Assembly (NCBI RefSeq): GCF_029227855.1
Contig: NZ_CP074356.1
Direction: 5' to 3' (one strand)
Source: Escherichia coli
Lineage (GTDB): Bacteria; Pseudomonadota; Gammaproteobacteria; Enterobacterales; Enterobacteriaceae
Length of the DNA stretch: 64,000 bases
Positions 10,296-20,145 of this stretch are shown here, piece by piece (the first letter of the stretch is position 1; each line of letters opens with the position of its first letter). Position numbers and translations under genes: made by a program. The notes under the pieces were generated by a model. It had not been told where the DNA came from, made no database searches, and saw only the letters and a list, made by a program, of their open reading frames with translations.

Positions 10296-11330
10296 ATGAA
10301 AATTCGCATAATGCTATTTATATTAATGATGATGGTTATGCCAGTGAGCTATGCAGCATGTTATAGTGAGTTATCTGTTCAGCACAATTTGGTTGTTCAG
10401 GGGGATTTTGCACTTAGTCAAACACAAATAGCGACATATGAGCATAATTTTAATGATTCGTCATGCGTGAGTACAAATACTATCACCCCTATGAGCCCGT
10501 CGGATATTATTGTTGGACTTTATAACGATACCATTAAATTAAATTTACATTTTGAATGGACCAATAAAAACAAAATCACGTTGTCAAATAATCAGACCAG
10601 TTTCACCAGTGGTTATTCGGTAACGGTGACACCTGCGGCCAGTAATGCAAAAGTGAATGTTTCTGCGGGGGGCGGCGGTTCAGTAATGATTAATGGTGTT
10701 GCAACATTATCCAGTGCTTCATCATCGACACGCGGGAGTGCTGCAGTACAATTTTTACTGTGTTTATTCGGTGGCAAGTCATGGGATGCATGTGTAAATA
10801 GCTACAGAAATGCATTGGCACAAAATGCAGGTGTCTATTCCTTTAATCTGACATTGTCATACAACCCGATAACCACAACCTGCAAACCGGACGATTTATT
10901 AATTACTTTAGAGAGTATTCCCGTTTCACAATTACCAGCCAAAGGTAACAAAGCAACAATAAATAGTAACAAAGGGGATATTGTTCTGCGTTGTAAAAAC
11001 TTATTAGGTCAACAAAATCAAACATCACGGAAAATGCAGGTGTATTTATCAAGTTCTGACTTGTGGGGCAGTAGTAACACGATCCTGAAAGGTGCGGAAG
11101 ATAATGGCGTAGGATTTATTCTTGAAAGTAATGGTTCGCCAGTCACACTTTTAAATATCACTAACAGCAGTAAAGGATATACAAATTTAAAGGAAGTTGC
11201 TGCGAAGTCAAAACTTACAGATACAACGGTTTCAATTCCGATAACTGCCAGTTACTACGTCTACGATACAAACAAAGTTAAATCTGGCGCACTGGAGGCA
11301 ACCGCATTAATCAACGTGAAATACGACTAA
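10296..11330 (+). CDS. yehA: Fimbrial adhesin-like subunit
   Basis: 344-aa ORF with signal peptide; terminal gene of the chaperone-usher operon. Confidence 0.75.
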   Translation: MKIRIMLFILMMMVMPVSYAACYSELSVQHNLVVQGDFALSQTQIATYEHNFNDSSCVSTNTITPMSPSDIIVGLYNDTIKLNLHFEWTNKNKITLSNNQTSFTSGYSVTVTPAASNAKVNVSAGGGGSVMINGVATLSSASSSTRGSAAVQFLLCLFGGKSWDACVNSYRNALAQNAGVYSFNLTLSYNPITTTCKPDDLLITLESIPVSQLPAKGNKATINSNKGDIVLRCKNLLGQQNQTSRKMQVYLSSSDLWGSSNTILKGAEDNGVGFILESNGSPVTLLNITNSSKGYTNLKEVAAKSKLTDTTVSIPITASYYVYDTNKVKSGALEATALINVKYD

Positions 11331-11385
11331 TAACAAGCAAGACGAGCAAGTGGCTAATAATAAAAATAATAAGGTGTCTGCATTT

Positions 11386-11413
11386 CCCCCTCTCTTCGAG
11401 GGGGCTTTTTTTT
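11386..11413. terminator. Bidirectional rho-independent terminator between yehA and rcnB
   Basis: Stem ccccctc / gaggggg (11386-11404) flanked by an A-run upstream and a T-run downstream. Confidence 0.5.
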
Positions 11414-11750
11414 AGCGATGATAAAAAATCTCACCGTCGTAGGCTTTAATGATTTTACCGTCGGTGTCGCTGATCAACACGTACGCGCCACCCATATAGG
11501 TCCAGTGTGTCCCGGCATCAGGCGCGGGCAGGTTACGTAACTGCCACTGCTTAATGTTGTACTCATCGGTGCGGTACATCTCTGGGACGGTATCGCCTGG
11601 TTTGAAATGCTTAAAGTCAGCAATGAAACTGCTTAACTCATACTTAGAAATTCCCGAGGTATTGGTCGAACCCGCGGTGGCTGGTGCGGCCCAGGCGGCA
11701 CTGGTAACCAGCAAAAGCACACCCAGCAACATCTTATTTTTAATGGTCAT
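11412..11750 (-). CDS. rcnB: Periplasmic nickel/cobalt homeostasis protein RcnB
   Basis: ORF 11412..11930; start placed at MTIKNKMLLGVLLLVTSAAWA (112 aa, signal peptide); immediately downstream of rcnA. Confidence 0.85.
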   Translation of the reverse strand: MTIKNKMLLGVLLLVTSAAWAAPATAGSTNTSGISKYELSSFIADFKHFKPGDTVPEMYRTDEYNIKQWQLRNLPAPDAGTHWTYMGGAYVLISDTDGKIIKAYDGEIFYHR

Positions 11751-11968
11751 AAACTCTCCACTTTGGGGATCTGTAATATCAGTCGCATATCTTTCCTGCC
11801 ATACAATATAACTGACAAGCGATATTTTGTTAGTGATCCCATGATTTCGTAAAAAGTGTAAATGAAAGGATGCCCTAAAAGCATCCTTAGCGAGCAGAGA
11901 GTCAGCGGAAATAGCTGATTTAAGAATCATCCTGGGCTGAAGATAACATGCAAGCCTAAAGGATTGAG

Positions 11969-12793
11969 TTATCGCATTATGCCCATGAAGCCATGTACGC
12001 CCATATACACACCAACTAAGCCAATCAACAGACTGGAAAAATAGGGAGCGCGTTTAGCGAGAGTGTTAAATCCGCTCCAGCGTTTTGCGACCTGCTGAAC
12101 GCTGATTGCTGCGCCAACGCCTACGGTGACAAGCGTTAACGCCAGGCCGAGGCTGAAACTGACGACCAGTGTTGCGCCCAGTGTCAGGGCTTTCAACTGA
12201 ATGCAAATCAACAGCACGGTAATTGCTGCCGGGCAGGGGATAAGGCCACCGGTTAAGCCAAATAGCAAAATTTGCCAGTTGGTGACCTCTCTACCATCAA
12301 AGCGTCGTTTAATGTCATTGGCATGGGCTCGTGCATGGGCATCCTGATACTCGCCATGTTCGTGATGGTGATGATGTCCATGGTCGTGGTGATCTTCGTG
12401 ATCGTGGTGATGATGCTCATGATCATGCTCGTGCATATTCTCCAGCCAGTTGCGTTCGCCGCGCCAGGTACGCCAGAACATCCAGAACGCGGTGCTAATA
12501 ATGATCACTGCGGAAATCAACTGGAGCCACGGTTCTGCTGATTGAGCAGTAAAGCGTTTGCTGATCACCATCCCGCCAAAGGCAATTAACCAGACCACTG
12601 CGGTATGCGAAATAGTTGCTGCCAGTCCAAGCATCACCGCCTGTTTAATGGTGCCTTTGATGGCGATGATAAACGCCGCCATCATCGTTTTTGAGTGCCC
12701 CGGTTCCAGGCCATGAAGCGCACCAAGTAAGATGGCGCTGGGGATGAAGAACCAGGCGTTTCCTTGCTGAAGAAGTGTTGTAAATTCGGTCAT
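11969..12793 (-). CDS. rcnA: Nickel/cobalt efflux transporter RcnA
   Basis: 274-aa membrane protein with an extremely His-rich loop (HEHDHEHHHHDHEDHHDHGHHHHHEHGE). Confidence 0.9.
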   Translation of the reverse strand: MTEFTTLLQQGNAWFFIPSAILLGALHGLEPGHSKTMMAAFIIAIKGTIKQAVMLGLAATISHTAVVWLIAFGGMVISKRFTAQSAEPWLQLISAVIIISTAFWMFWRTWRGERNWLENMHEHDHEHHHHDHEDHHDHGHHHHHEHGEYQDAHARAHANDIKRRFDGREVTNWQILLFGLTGGLIPCPAAITVLLICIQLKALTLGATLVVSFSLGLALTLVTVGVGAAISVQQVAKRWSGFNTLAKRAPYFSSLLIGLVGVYMGVHGFMGIMR

Positions 12794-12830
12794 GATAATA
12801 ATTCTTAGTATTAATTCGGCAATCTGATTC

Positions 12831-12865
12831 TACTCCCCCCCAGTACCTGATACTACCCCCCAGTA
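12831..12865. promoter_or_regulatory. Tandem RcnR operator motifs (TACT-C/G tract-AGTA) in the rcnA-rcnR divergent promoter region
   Basis: tactcccccccagta at 12831-12845 and tactaccccccagta at 12851-12865; matches the G/C-tract inverted repeat recognised by RcnR. Confidence 0.6.
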
Positions 12866-12913
12866 GATTAATAGTGCTATGATTTTTCATATTCTTGTTA
12901 ACCAGGTGTTGCC

Positions 12914-13186
12914 ATGTCTCATACAATCCGTGATAAACAGAAACTGAAAGCGCGTGCCAGTAAGATTCAGGGCCAGGTCGTGGCGCTCAAGAAAATGCTC
13001 GACGAACCGCATGAATGCGCTGCAGTATTACAACAGATTGCTGCTATCCGTGGCGCGGTAAACGGTCTGATGCGGGAAGTGATTAAAGGCCATCTGACGG
13101 AACACATCGTTCACCAGGGGGATGAGCTAAAACGTGAAGAAGATCTGGATGTCGTTCTGAAGGTGCTGGATTCTTATATCAAATAA
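12914..13186 (+). CDS. rcnR: Ni/Co-responsive transcriptional repressor RcnR (CsoR/RcnR family)
   Basis: 90-aa [24 protein letters not shown]..; divergent from rcnA. Confidence 0.9.
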
Positions 13187-13274
13187 TTTCACAACGTTAT
13201 TGTAATACCGCCGTTTTTCCCCGTTTACAACGCGTGCGCTGGACATTACCATCCTCCTCTGCGATTTATTATCG

Positions 13275-13400
13275 CAACCAAACGACTCGGGGTGCCCTTC
13301 TTTGTGAAGGCTGAGAAATACCCGTATCACCTGATCTGGATAATGCCAGCGTAGGGAAGTCACGGACCACCAGGTCATTGCTTCTTCACGTTATGGCAGG
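13275..13400 (+). promoter_or_regulatory. TPP riboswitch (THI element) in the thiM leader
   Basis: Conserved thi-box core ..ggggtgcccttc..gtgaaggctgagaaatacccgtatcacctgatctggataatgccagcgtagggaagtc.. immediately upstream of the thiM start; ends approximate. Confidence 0.8.
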
Positions 13401-13408
13401 AGCAAACT

Positions 13409-14197
13409 ATGCAAGTCGACCTGCTGAGTTCAGCGCAATCTGCGCACGCGTTACACCTTTTTCACCAACATTCCCCTCTTGTGCACTGCATGACCAACGA
13501 TGTGGTGCAAACTTTTACTGCCAATACCTTGCTGGCGCTCGGCGCATCGCCAGCGATGGTTATCGAAACCGAAGAGGCCAGTCAGTTTGCGGCTATCGCC
13601 AGTGCCTTGTTGATTAACGTTGGCACGCTGACGCAGCCACGAGCGCAAGCGATGAGTGCTGCCGTTGAGCAAGCAACACGATCACAAACGCCCTGGACGC
13701 TTGATCCGGTTGCGGTTGGTGCGCTCGATTATCGCCGCCGTTTTTGTCTGGAACTTCTGTCCCATAAGCCAACCGCCATACGTGGTAATGCTTCGGAAAT
13801 CATGGCATTAGCTGGCGTTGCTAATGGTGGACGGGGAGTGGATACCACTGATGCCGCAGCTAACGCGATACCTGCTGCACAAACACTGGCACGGGAAACT
13901 GGCGCAATCGTCGTGGTCACAGGCGAGGTGGATTATGTTACCGATGGTCATTGCACCGTTGGCATTCACGGTGGCGATCCGCTAATGACCAAAGTGGTAG
14001 GAACTGGCTGTGCATTATCGGCAGTTGTCGCTGCCTGTTGTGCGTTACCAGGCGATATGCTGGAAAATGTCGCATCTGCCTGTCACTGGATGAAACAAGC
14101 CGGAGAACGCGCAGTCGCCAGAAGCGAGGGGCCAGGCAGTTTTGTTCCACATTTCCTTGATGCGCTCTGGCAATTGACGCCGGAGGTGCAGGCATGA
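13409..14197 (+). CDS. thiM: Hydroxyethylthiazole kinase
   Basis: 262-aa ORF downstream of the TPP riboswitch; ThiM-like sequence. Confidence 0.9.
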   Translation: MQVDLLSSAQSAHALHLFHQHSPLVHCMTNDVVQTFTANTLLALGASPAMVIETEEASQFAAIASALLINVGTLTQPRAQAMSAAVEQATRSQTPWTLDPVAVGALDYRRRFCLELLSHKPTAIRGNASEIMALAGVANGGRGVDTTDAAANAIPAAQTLARETGAIVVVTGEVDYVTDGHCTVGIHGGDPLMTKVVGTGCALSAVVAACCALPGDMLENVASACHWMKQAGERAVARSEGPGSFVPHFLDALWQLTPEVQA

Positions 14198-14994
14198 AAC
14201 GAATTAACGCTCTGACGATTGCTGGTACTGATCCGAGTGGTGGTGCGGGGATTCAGGCCGATCTTAAAACCTTCTCGGCACTTGGCGCTTATGGTTGCTC
14301 AGTGATTACTGCACTGGTGGCGCAAAATACCCGTGGCGTACAGTCGGTGTATCGCATTGAGCCTGATTTTGTCGCCGCCCAGCTCGATTCGGTGTTCAGC
14401 GATGTGCGAATCGACACCACTAAAATCGGTATGTTGGCGGAAACCGATATTGTTGAAGCGGTGGCAGAACGGTTGCAACGTTATCAGATCCAAAACGTGG
14501 TACTCGACACCGTTATGCTGGCAAAAAGCGGCGACCCACTGCTTTCACCTTCGGCAGTTGCCACGCTACGCAGTCGATTATTGCCACAGGTTTCATTAAT
14601 AACGCCAAACTTGCCCGAAGCTGCCGCCTTGCTCGACGCGCCACACGCGCGCACCGAACAGGAAATGCTGGAACAAGGGCGATCGCTGTTGGCGATGGGC
14701 TGTGGCGCAGTGCTAATGAAAGGTGGTCATCTGGATGATGAGCAAAGCCCGGACTGGCTGTTTACTCGCGAGGGAGAACAACGATTTACTGCACCGCGCA
14801 TTATGACCAAAAACACCCACGGCACTGGTTGTACGCTCTCTGCGGCGTTGGCTGCACTACGCCCGCGCCATACAAACTGGGCTGACACCGTACAGGAGGC
14901 AAAAAGCTGGCTTTCATCGGCGTTAGCCCAGGCCGACACGCTGGAAGTTGGTCACGGTATTGGTCCGGTTCACCACTTCCACGCCTGGTGGTGA
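14194..14994 (+). CDS. thiD: Hydroxymethylpyrimidine / phosphomethylpyrimidine kinase
   Basis: 266-aa ORF, start overlaps the thiM stop (ATGA); PfkB-like ribokinase fold motifs. Confidence 0.9.
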   Translation: MKRINALTIAGTDPSGGAGIQADLKTFSALGAYGCSVITALVAQNTRGVQSVYRIEPDFVAAQLDSVFSDVRIDTTKIGMLAETDIVEAVAERLQRYQIQNVVLDTVMLAKSGDPLLSPSAVATLRSRLLPQVSLITPNLPEAAALLDAPHARTEQEMLEQGRSLLAMGCGAVLMKGGHLDDEQSPDWLFTREGEQRFTAPRIMTKNTHGTGCTLSAALAALRPRHTNWADTVQEAKSWLSSALAQADTLEVGHGIGPVHHFHAWW

Positions 14995-15058
14995 GCACCG
15001 TACTATAGCTGCTTTGGTTATTGTCAGCCTTTGGCACTGACATTCAGGGATGAAACCA

Positions 15059-15877
15059 ATGCAGCTAAGAATCACCAGTCGAAAAAAACTCACCGCTTTA
15101 TTATGCGCTCTTAGGCTAATTTCCATCGTTGCGATTCATCCGCGTCAGACGGTGAATTTTTTCTATTCGACAGCAATTCAGATTAAAGACTACATCCACT
15201 TCTACGGTTATCGCCCGGTTAAATCTTTCGCTATTCGCATTCCTGCCAGTTACACCATTCACGGAATAGATGTTTCGCGCTGGCAGGAGCGAATCGACTG
15301 GCAGCGGGTGGCAAAAATGCGCGATAACGGTATTCGCTTGCAATTTGCCTTTATCAAGGCGACGGAAGGCGAAAAGCTGGTGGACCCCTATTTTTCGCGT
15401 AACTGGCAACTAAGCCGCGAAAATGGCCTGCTGCGCGGGGCGTATCATTATTTTTCCCCGTCGGTATCCGCTTCAGTTCAGGCGAGATTATTTCTGCAAA
15501 CGGTGGATTTCTCACAAGGCGATTTCCCTGCCGTGCTGGACGTAGAAGAACGGGGAAAATTATCGGCAAAAGAATTACGCAAGCGGGTAAGTCAGTGGCT
15601 AAAAATGGTCGAAAAAAGTACGGGGAAAAAGCCGATTATTTACTCAGGAGCCGTTTTTTATCACACGAATCTGGCGGGCTTTTTCAATGAATATCCGTGG
15701 TGGGTGGCTCATTACTATCAACGTCGTCCGGACAATGACGGCATGGCCTGGCGCTTCTGGCAGCATTCCGACCGTGGACAGGTAGATGGCATCAATGGTC
15801 CGGTGGATTTTAATGTGTTTAATGGCACGGTGGAGGAGTTGCAGACATTCGTTAATGGGATTAAAGAAACTCCTTAA
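15059..15877 (+). CDS. yegX: Glycoside hydrolase family 25 (lysozyme-like) protein
   Basis: ORF 15050..15877; start placed at MQLRITSRKK (272 aa); GH25-like pattern (..IHGIDVSRWQ..FAFIKATEG..). Confidence 0.7.
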   Translation: MQLRITSRKKLTALLCALRLISIVAIHPRQTVNFFYSTAIQIKDYIHFYGYRPVKSFAIRIPASYTIHGIDVSRWQERIDWQRVAKMRDNGIRLQFAFIKATEGEKLVDPYFSRNWQLSRENGLLRGAYHYFSPSVSASVQARLFLQTVDFSQGDFPAVLDVEERGKLSAKELRKRVSQWLKMVEKSTGKKPIIYSGAVFYHTNLAGFFNEYPWWVAHYYQRRPDNDGMAWRFWQHSDRGQVDGINGPVDFNVFNGTVEELQTFVNGIKETP

Positions 15878-15928
15878 ATAAGAAGCAGTGATATACTCCC
15901 ACCAGACTCCCTGGCAGGAAAAAGACAA

Positions 15929-16675
15929 ATGGAACAAGCGCATACCCAGCTGATTGCCCAACTGAACGAACGTATTTTAGCGGCGGATAACACGCCGCTT
16001 TATATTAAGTTTGCCGAAACGGTAAAAAATGCCGTGCGCAGCGGGGTGCTGGAGCATGGCAATATTTTGCCCGGTGAGCGTGATTTAAGTCAGTTAACCG
16101 GCGTTTCGCGCATTACGGTGCGCAAGGCGATGCAGGCGCTGGAAGAAGAGGGCGTGGTGACGCGTTCGCGTGGTTACGGTACGCAGATCAACAACATCTT
16201 CGAATACTCGTTGAAAGAAGCGCGAGGTTTTTCTCAGCAGGTGGTATTGCGCGGGAAAAAGCCCGATACACTATGGGTTAACAAGCGTGTCGTGAAATGT
16301 CCCGAAGAAGTCGCGCAGCAGCTAGCGGTCGAAGCAGGAAGTAATGTCTTTTTGCTTAAGCGTATTCGCTATGTCGATGAAGAAGCGGTATCAATTGAGG
16401 AATCGTGGGTTCCTGCGCATTTAATTCATGATGTTGATGCCATCGGAATTTCTCTTTATGACTACTTCCGCAGCCAGCACATTTACCCACAACGTACGCG
16501 TTCCCGCGTTAGCGCCCGGATGCCGGATGCCGAGTTTCAGTCACATATTCAGTTAGATAGCAAAATACCGGTGCTGGTGATCAAGCAAGTGGCGCTTGAC
16601 CAACAGCAACAGCCTATTGAGTACAGCATCAGCCACTGTCGCAGCGATCTATACGTTTTTGTGTGCGAGGAGTAG
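15929..16675 (+). CDS. yegW: GntR-family transcriptional regulator (HTH plus UTRA-type effector domain)
   Basis: 248-aa ORF; N-terminal GntR HTH (..LPGERDLSQLTGVSRITVRKAMQAL..). Confidence 0.8.
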   Translation: MEQAHTQLIAQLNERILAADNTPLYIKFAETVKNAVRSGVLEHGNILPGERDLSQLTGVSRITVRKAMQALEEEGVVTRSRGYGTQINNIFEYSLKEARGFSQQVVLRGKKPDTLWVNKRVVKCPEEVAQQLAVEAGSNVFLLKRIRYVDEEAVSIEESWVPAHLIHDVDAIGISLYDYFRSQHIYPQRTRSRVSARMPDAEFQSHIQLDSKIPVLVIKQVALDQQQQPIEYSISHCRSDLYVFVCEE

Positions 16676-17614
16676 TTCCTCGCGCGTTGGCGCACAATCA
16701 CCGCCCCGATGCCCGACAACCCACGACGCCACTGCATTGCCCAGTAATACGGCATCCGCCAGTGGCAGACCAGAGGCTAGCCCGGCAAGTACGCCACCTG
16801 CATGACTGTCGCCCGCCCCAATGGTGTCTACTACTTGCGTTGGAAATGCCGGAATGCAGCCAGAAGCGTCGTTGCTGAAATACCATGCGCCCTCTTTATC
16901 GAGACGAATGATCAACGGCGCGGCAAATTTCTCCTGCCATTGCTTGCCAAGTGTTGTTATCTCTGCGGATAAAGCAAAACGTTCGGCGGCAATCTCAGCC
17001 TCCTGACGATTGAGTGACACTAAAGGTCGACAGGCCATGATCCGCGCCAGCAATGCATCCGGGATATCGCCAATACGTGGGCCAAAATCGATAAACGGCG
17101 TCACGTCTTGCAGCTTTTCCAGCCATTCCACTAATAATTCGCCGCAGGGCGAGGCCAGTTGATAACCGGAAAAATAGAGCAGGCTGCCAGGCGCAACGGT
17201 TAATCGCGCCAGCCACTGGCGATTCCACTGATTTTCCACACCGCTGAATGACATAAAAGTGCGTTCGCCATCCGGCTCAACCAGCGCCAGACACCAGCCG
17301 TTATCACCTTCGGCGTTATCGATCAGGCTGATTAAGCCCTCTTTTGCCATCCGGTTGCGAATAATCTCCGCCCACACGCCCTGACCGAGCGGCAAGGCGT
17401 TACCCGCTTCGATGCCGAGGCGCTTTAACGCCACGGCAATATTCAGTGCGCAGCCGCCAACGTTAACGCTCTGCTGTTTCAGTTCGATATCGCACCCACG
17501 CCAGGGGAGGGCATAAGCGTCGGCGATCACATCAATGACCGCCGCGCCGACGACCATCACCGGCTGACGCGTGGCTAATTCAGGCAGCAGCGTGTGTAAT
17601 CGAGCGCCGCTCAT
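16649..17614 (-). CDS. yegV: PfkB-family carbohydrate/nucleoside kinase
   Basis: 321-aa ORF with the PfkB signature GAGDSHAGGVLAGL; 3' end overlaps the convergent yegW 3' end. Confidence 0.8.
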   Translation of the reverse strand: MSGARLHTLLPELATRQPVMVVGAAVIDVIADAYALPWRGCDIELKQQSVNVGGCALNIAVALKRLGIEAGNALPLGQGVWAEIIRNRMAKEGLISLIDNAEGDNGWCLALVEPDGERTFMSFSGVENQWNRQWLARLTVAPGSLLYFSGYQLASPCGELLVEWLEKLQDVTPFIDFGPRIGDIPDALLARIMACRPLVSLNRQEAEIAAERFALSAEITTLGKQWQEKFAAPLIIRLDKEGAWYFSNDASGCIPAFPTQVVDTIGAGDSHAGGVLAGLASGLPLADAVLLGNAVASWVVGHRGGDCAPTREELLLAHKNV

Positions 17615-18615
17615 ATCGCCTCCCGTTGTTGGCGATACTTCGCCAGCGCCGTGGCATAGCGGTTGAAATCAAGCTGATTTACCGCATCCAGTTCCGCCTT
17701 TAACGCAGGAACGATAGCGTTAATGCCATGCAACGCGCCGCAGATTGCCGTCGCCATAGCACCGATGGTGTCTGTATCGCCGCCAAGGTTAGCGCAGAGG
17801 ACGGCGCAACGGTTCGGATCGGTTTGTGCCAGTTCAACCAGCGCAATGGCGCACGGAACGGACTCAATAGTGCTGGTACCTGCGCCAACGACCTGGTAAA
17901 GCTGTTCGCTGGCGGATTCGGTGCCGTCGGCATTGCGCACAATTTTCAGCGCAATCTCCAGGCGCGCCGCCAGTGAGGCGCTGAAGGTAGTGATGCGTTT
18001 TTGTTGAGCATGTCGCGCAATTGAAGGCAGTGAATCAACAATTGCTGACCAGCTTTCTCCGTCAATGGCACGAGAAATCGCCCATGCGATGACTACCGCC
18101 CCCGCAACCGCCAGATCGGATTTATGTGTCGGGCTGGAGGCCAGCGCCACATCATCAATAAAGGAATCAACATCACGCGCCGGAAGCAAACAACCTAATG
18201 GCGAGACGCGCATCGCTGCGCCGTTGGTCACGCCGTTATTTTCCAGTTCAGCAACGGGTTTACCGTCGCGAATGGCGTTAAGCGCAATCTTCGAGGTCGG
18301 ACCTAGTACGTTTTTGTTAAAGGCGTCGAAACGCAGCGCCCAGTCGAGAATATTACGCCCAATCAGATCCGGATCGATCTTGCCTTTACGTTCCAGTAAC
18401 GCATCCGCCAGACACAGCGCCATCGAGGTATCGTCGGTGAATTCGGCGCGGTTAAAATAACAGGCCGCGTTATTCTCCTTTGGTCCAGGCAGAAAACGGT
18501 CAATCCAGCCAAAGTGTGCTTTAACGCGGCTGCGTGGCCAAAGCTCGGAGGGCATCCCCATCGCATCCCCTAACGCCTGCCCATAAAGAGCACCGAGAAT
18601 ACGTTCTGTTTTCAT
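17611..18615 (-). CDS. yegU: ADP-ribosylglycohydrolase-family protein
   Basis: 334-aa ORF; DraG/ARH-like motifs (..GALYGQALGDAMGMP.., ..GGDTDTIGAMATAI..). Confidence 0.8.
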   Translation of the reverse strand: MKTERILGALYGQALGDAMGMPSELWPRSRVKAHFGWIDRFLPGPKENNAACYFNRAEFTDDTSMALCLADALLERKGKIDPDLIGRNILDWALRFDAFNKNVLGPTSKIALNAIRDGKPVAELENNGVTNGAAMRVSPLGCLLPARDVDSFIDDVALASSPTHKSDLAVAGAVVIAWAISRAIDGESWSAIVDSLPSIARHAQQKRITTFSASLAARLEIALKIVRNADGTESASEQLYQVVGAGTSTIESVPCAIALVELAQTDPNRCAVLCANLGGDTDTIGAMATAICGALHGINAIVPALKAELDAVNQLDFNRYATALAKYRQQREAI

Positions 18616-19889
18616 TTAACTTCCCCTTGTGTCAACGCAATATCGCGATCATCGACCTTGATAGCCGTAATTTCGTTGTCGGATTCGCGGAAAAAAATCA
18701 TGAACAGCACGGCGATAATGGCAATCATCACCGCGCCAAAAGTCCACATCCCGGACCAGTTGAAAGTCAGTCCGTTTACCGGTTCCTGATAAGCGAACAT
18801 CTTTTCCATCATCACACCGCCAAGACGATAGCCGAGCAAACTGCCGAAGCCCTGGCAGCAGAGTGTGATCAGCCCCTGCGCGGCGGTACGCATATGCACG
18901 GGGGCTTTTTTATCGACATAGATGTAAGCGGTAACGTAGTAAAAATCGTAACTTACGCCGTGCAGCAAAATGCCGAGGAACAGTAACGCGTAGGTGAAAT
19001 ATTCATCCGCACTACCGTAAATAAAGAAGCCATAGCGGATCGCAGCGGTGACCAGACCAAGTAATAATACCTTTTTGATACCAAAGCGTTTGGTGAAAAA
19101 CGGCAATGCCAGCATAAAGAAGATTTCAGAGAACTGGCCGAGCGTCATCCAGCCAGTGGCGTTTTTCATACCGACTTCGGTCAGATAACCGTTGGCAAAG
19201 ATGTAATAGAACGCCAGTGGCATCGCAAACAGGAATGAACAGAAGAAAAAGACGAGGAAGTTTTTATCGCGCAGCAGGATCAGCGCATCCAGGCCGAGCA
19301 TGACTTTAATGTCCATTTTGCCGGTGCTTTTTGGCGGCGTGTCGGGCAGGAAAAACGCAAACACACCGAGCAGAGCAGAACTTCCGGCGGTAATCAGCAG
19401 CGGGATGTTAGTCGGAGAGATATCGGCATAACCCAGCATTTGCGGCAAAAATCCACATGCAAGACCGGAGGCAATCCAGCCGATAGTGCCCATCACACGA
19501 ATGCGTGGGAAATCACGCTCCACATCCGGCACGTTGGCAAAAGCGATACTGTTAGTCAGCGCAATGGTCGGCATATAGGTTAGCGAGTAGGCCAGCAGTA
19601 ACGGGAAGAACCCGGCAAAAGTGGTCTGTTGCGCAGCGAAATACATCAGCGCCGCACCAGCGAACATCAATACCGCCAGCACTTTCTGCGCCGAGAAAAA
19701 GCGGTCAGTGATGGAGCCAACCAGAATTGGCGACAGGATCGCCGCAATGGCGGTACAGGCATACGACCAGCCAATTTCTCCGGCACTAAAACCGCTTTTA
19801 CTTAACCACAACCACAATGGCACAAACCACGCGCCCCAGATAAACCATTCAACAAACATCATGAACGACAGCTTTGCTGTTGTTTTCAT
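18612..19889 (-). CDS. yegT: Nucleoside:H+ symporter-family MFS transporter
   Basis: 425-aa polytopic membrane protein; start of yegU overlaps its stop. Confidence 0.8.
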   Translation of the reverse strand: MKTTAKLSFMMFVEWFIWGAWFVPLWLWLSKSGFSAGEIGWSYACTAIAAILSPILVGSITDRFFSAQKVLAVLMFAGAALMYFAAQQTTFAGFFPLLLAYSLTYMPTIALTNSIAFANVPDVERDFPRIRVMGTIGWIASGLACGFLPQMLGYADISPTNIPLLITAGSSALLGVFAFFLPDTPPKSTGKMDIKVMLGLDALILLRDKNFLVFFFCSFLFAMPLAFYYIFANGYLTEVGMKNATGWMTLGQFSEIFFMLALPFFTKRFGIKKVLLLGLVTAAIRYGFFIYGSADEYFTYALLFLGILLHGVSYDFYYVTAYIYVDKKAPVHMRTAAQGLITLCCQGFGSLLGYRLGGVMMEKMFAYQEPVNGLTFNWSGMWTFGAVMIAIIAVLFMIFFRESDNEITAIKVDDRDIALTQGEVK

Positions 19890-20145
19890 CTTTTAATTCC
19901 TTCATGACAGGTAATGTAAGGTACGCGATGACAATACCATTTAATAATACCTTTTAAATACCTTTGCGGTGAAAACTTGACCGCGGTAACATTTTTTCTG
20001 ATGAATCGAGCCAACAGAAAACGCTGAAAAAACATCCAAAAGATGGAAAAACTCGCCTGTAACGATCAGGATTATGATTGCCCGCAAAAGGCGGGCCAGG
20101 ACAATCCATAGCCGATATCCAATCGGAATTTACGGGAGCATAGTA

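Noticed and set aside
12272-12541. 89-aa plus-strand ORF rich in Met/Val/Ile
   Set aside because: Antisense image of the histidine-rich loop coding region of rcnA (CAT/CAC repeats read as ATG/GTG on the other strand).
18534-18986. 150-aa plus-strand ORF overlapping the yegU/yegT junction
   Set aside because: Antisense to two well-supported coupled genes; no motifs.
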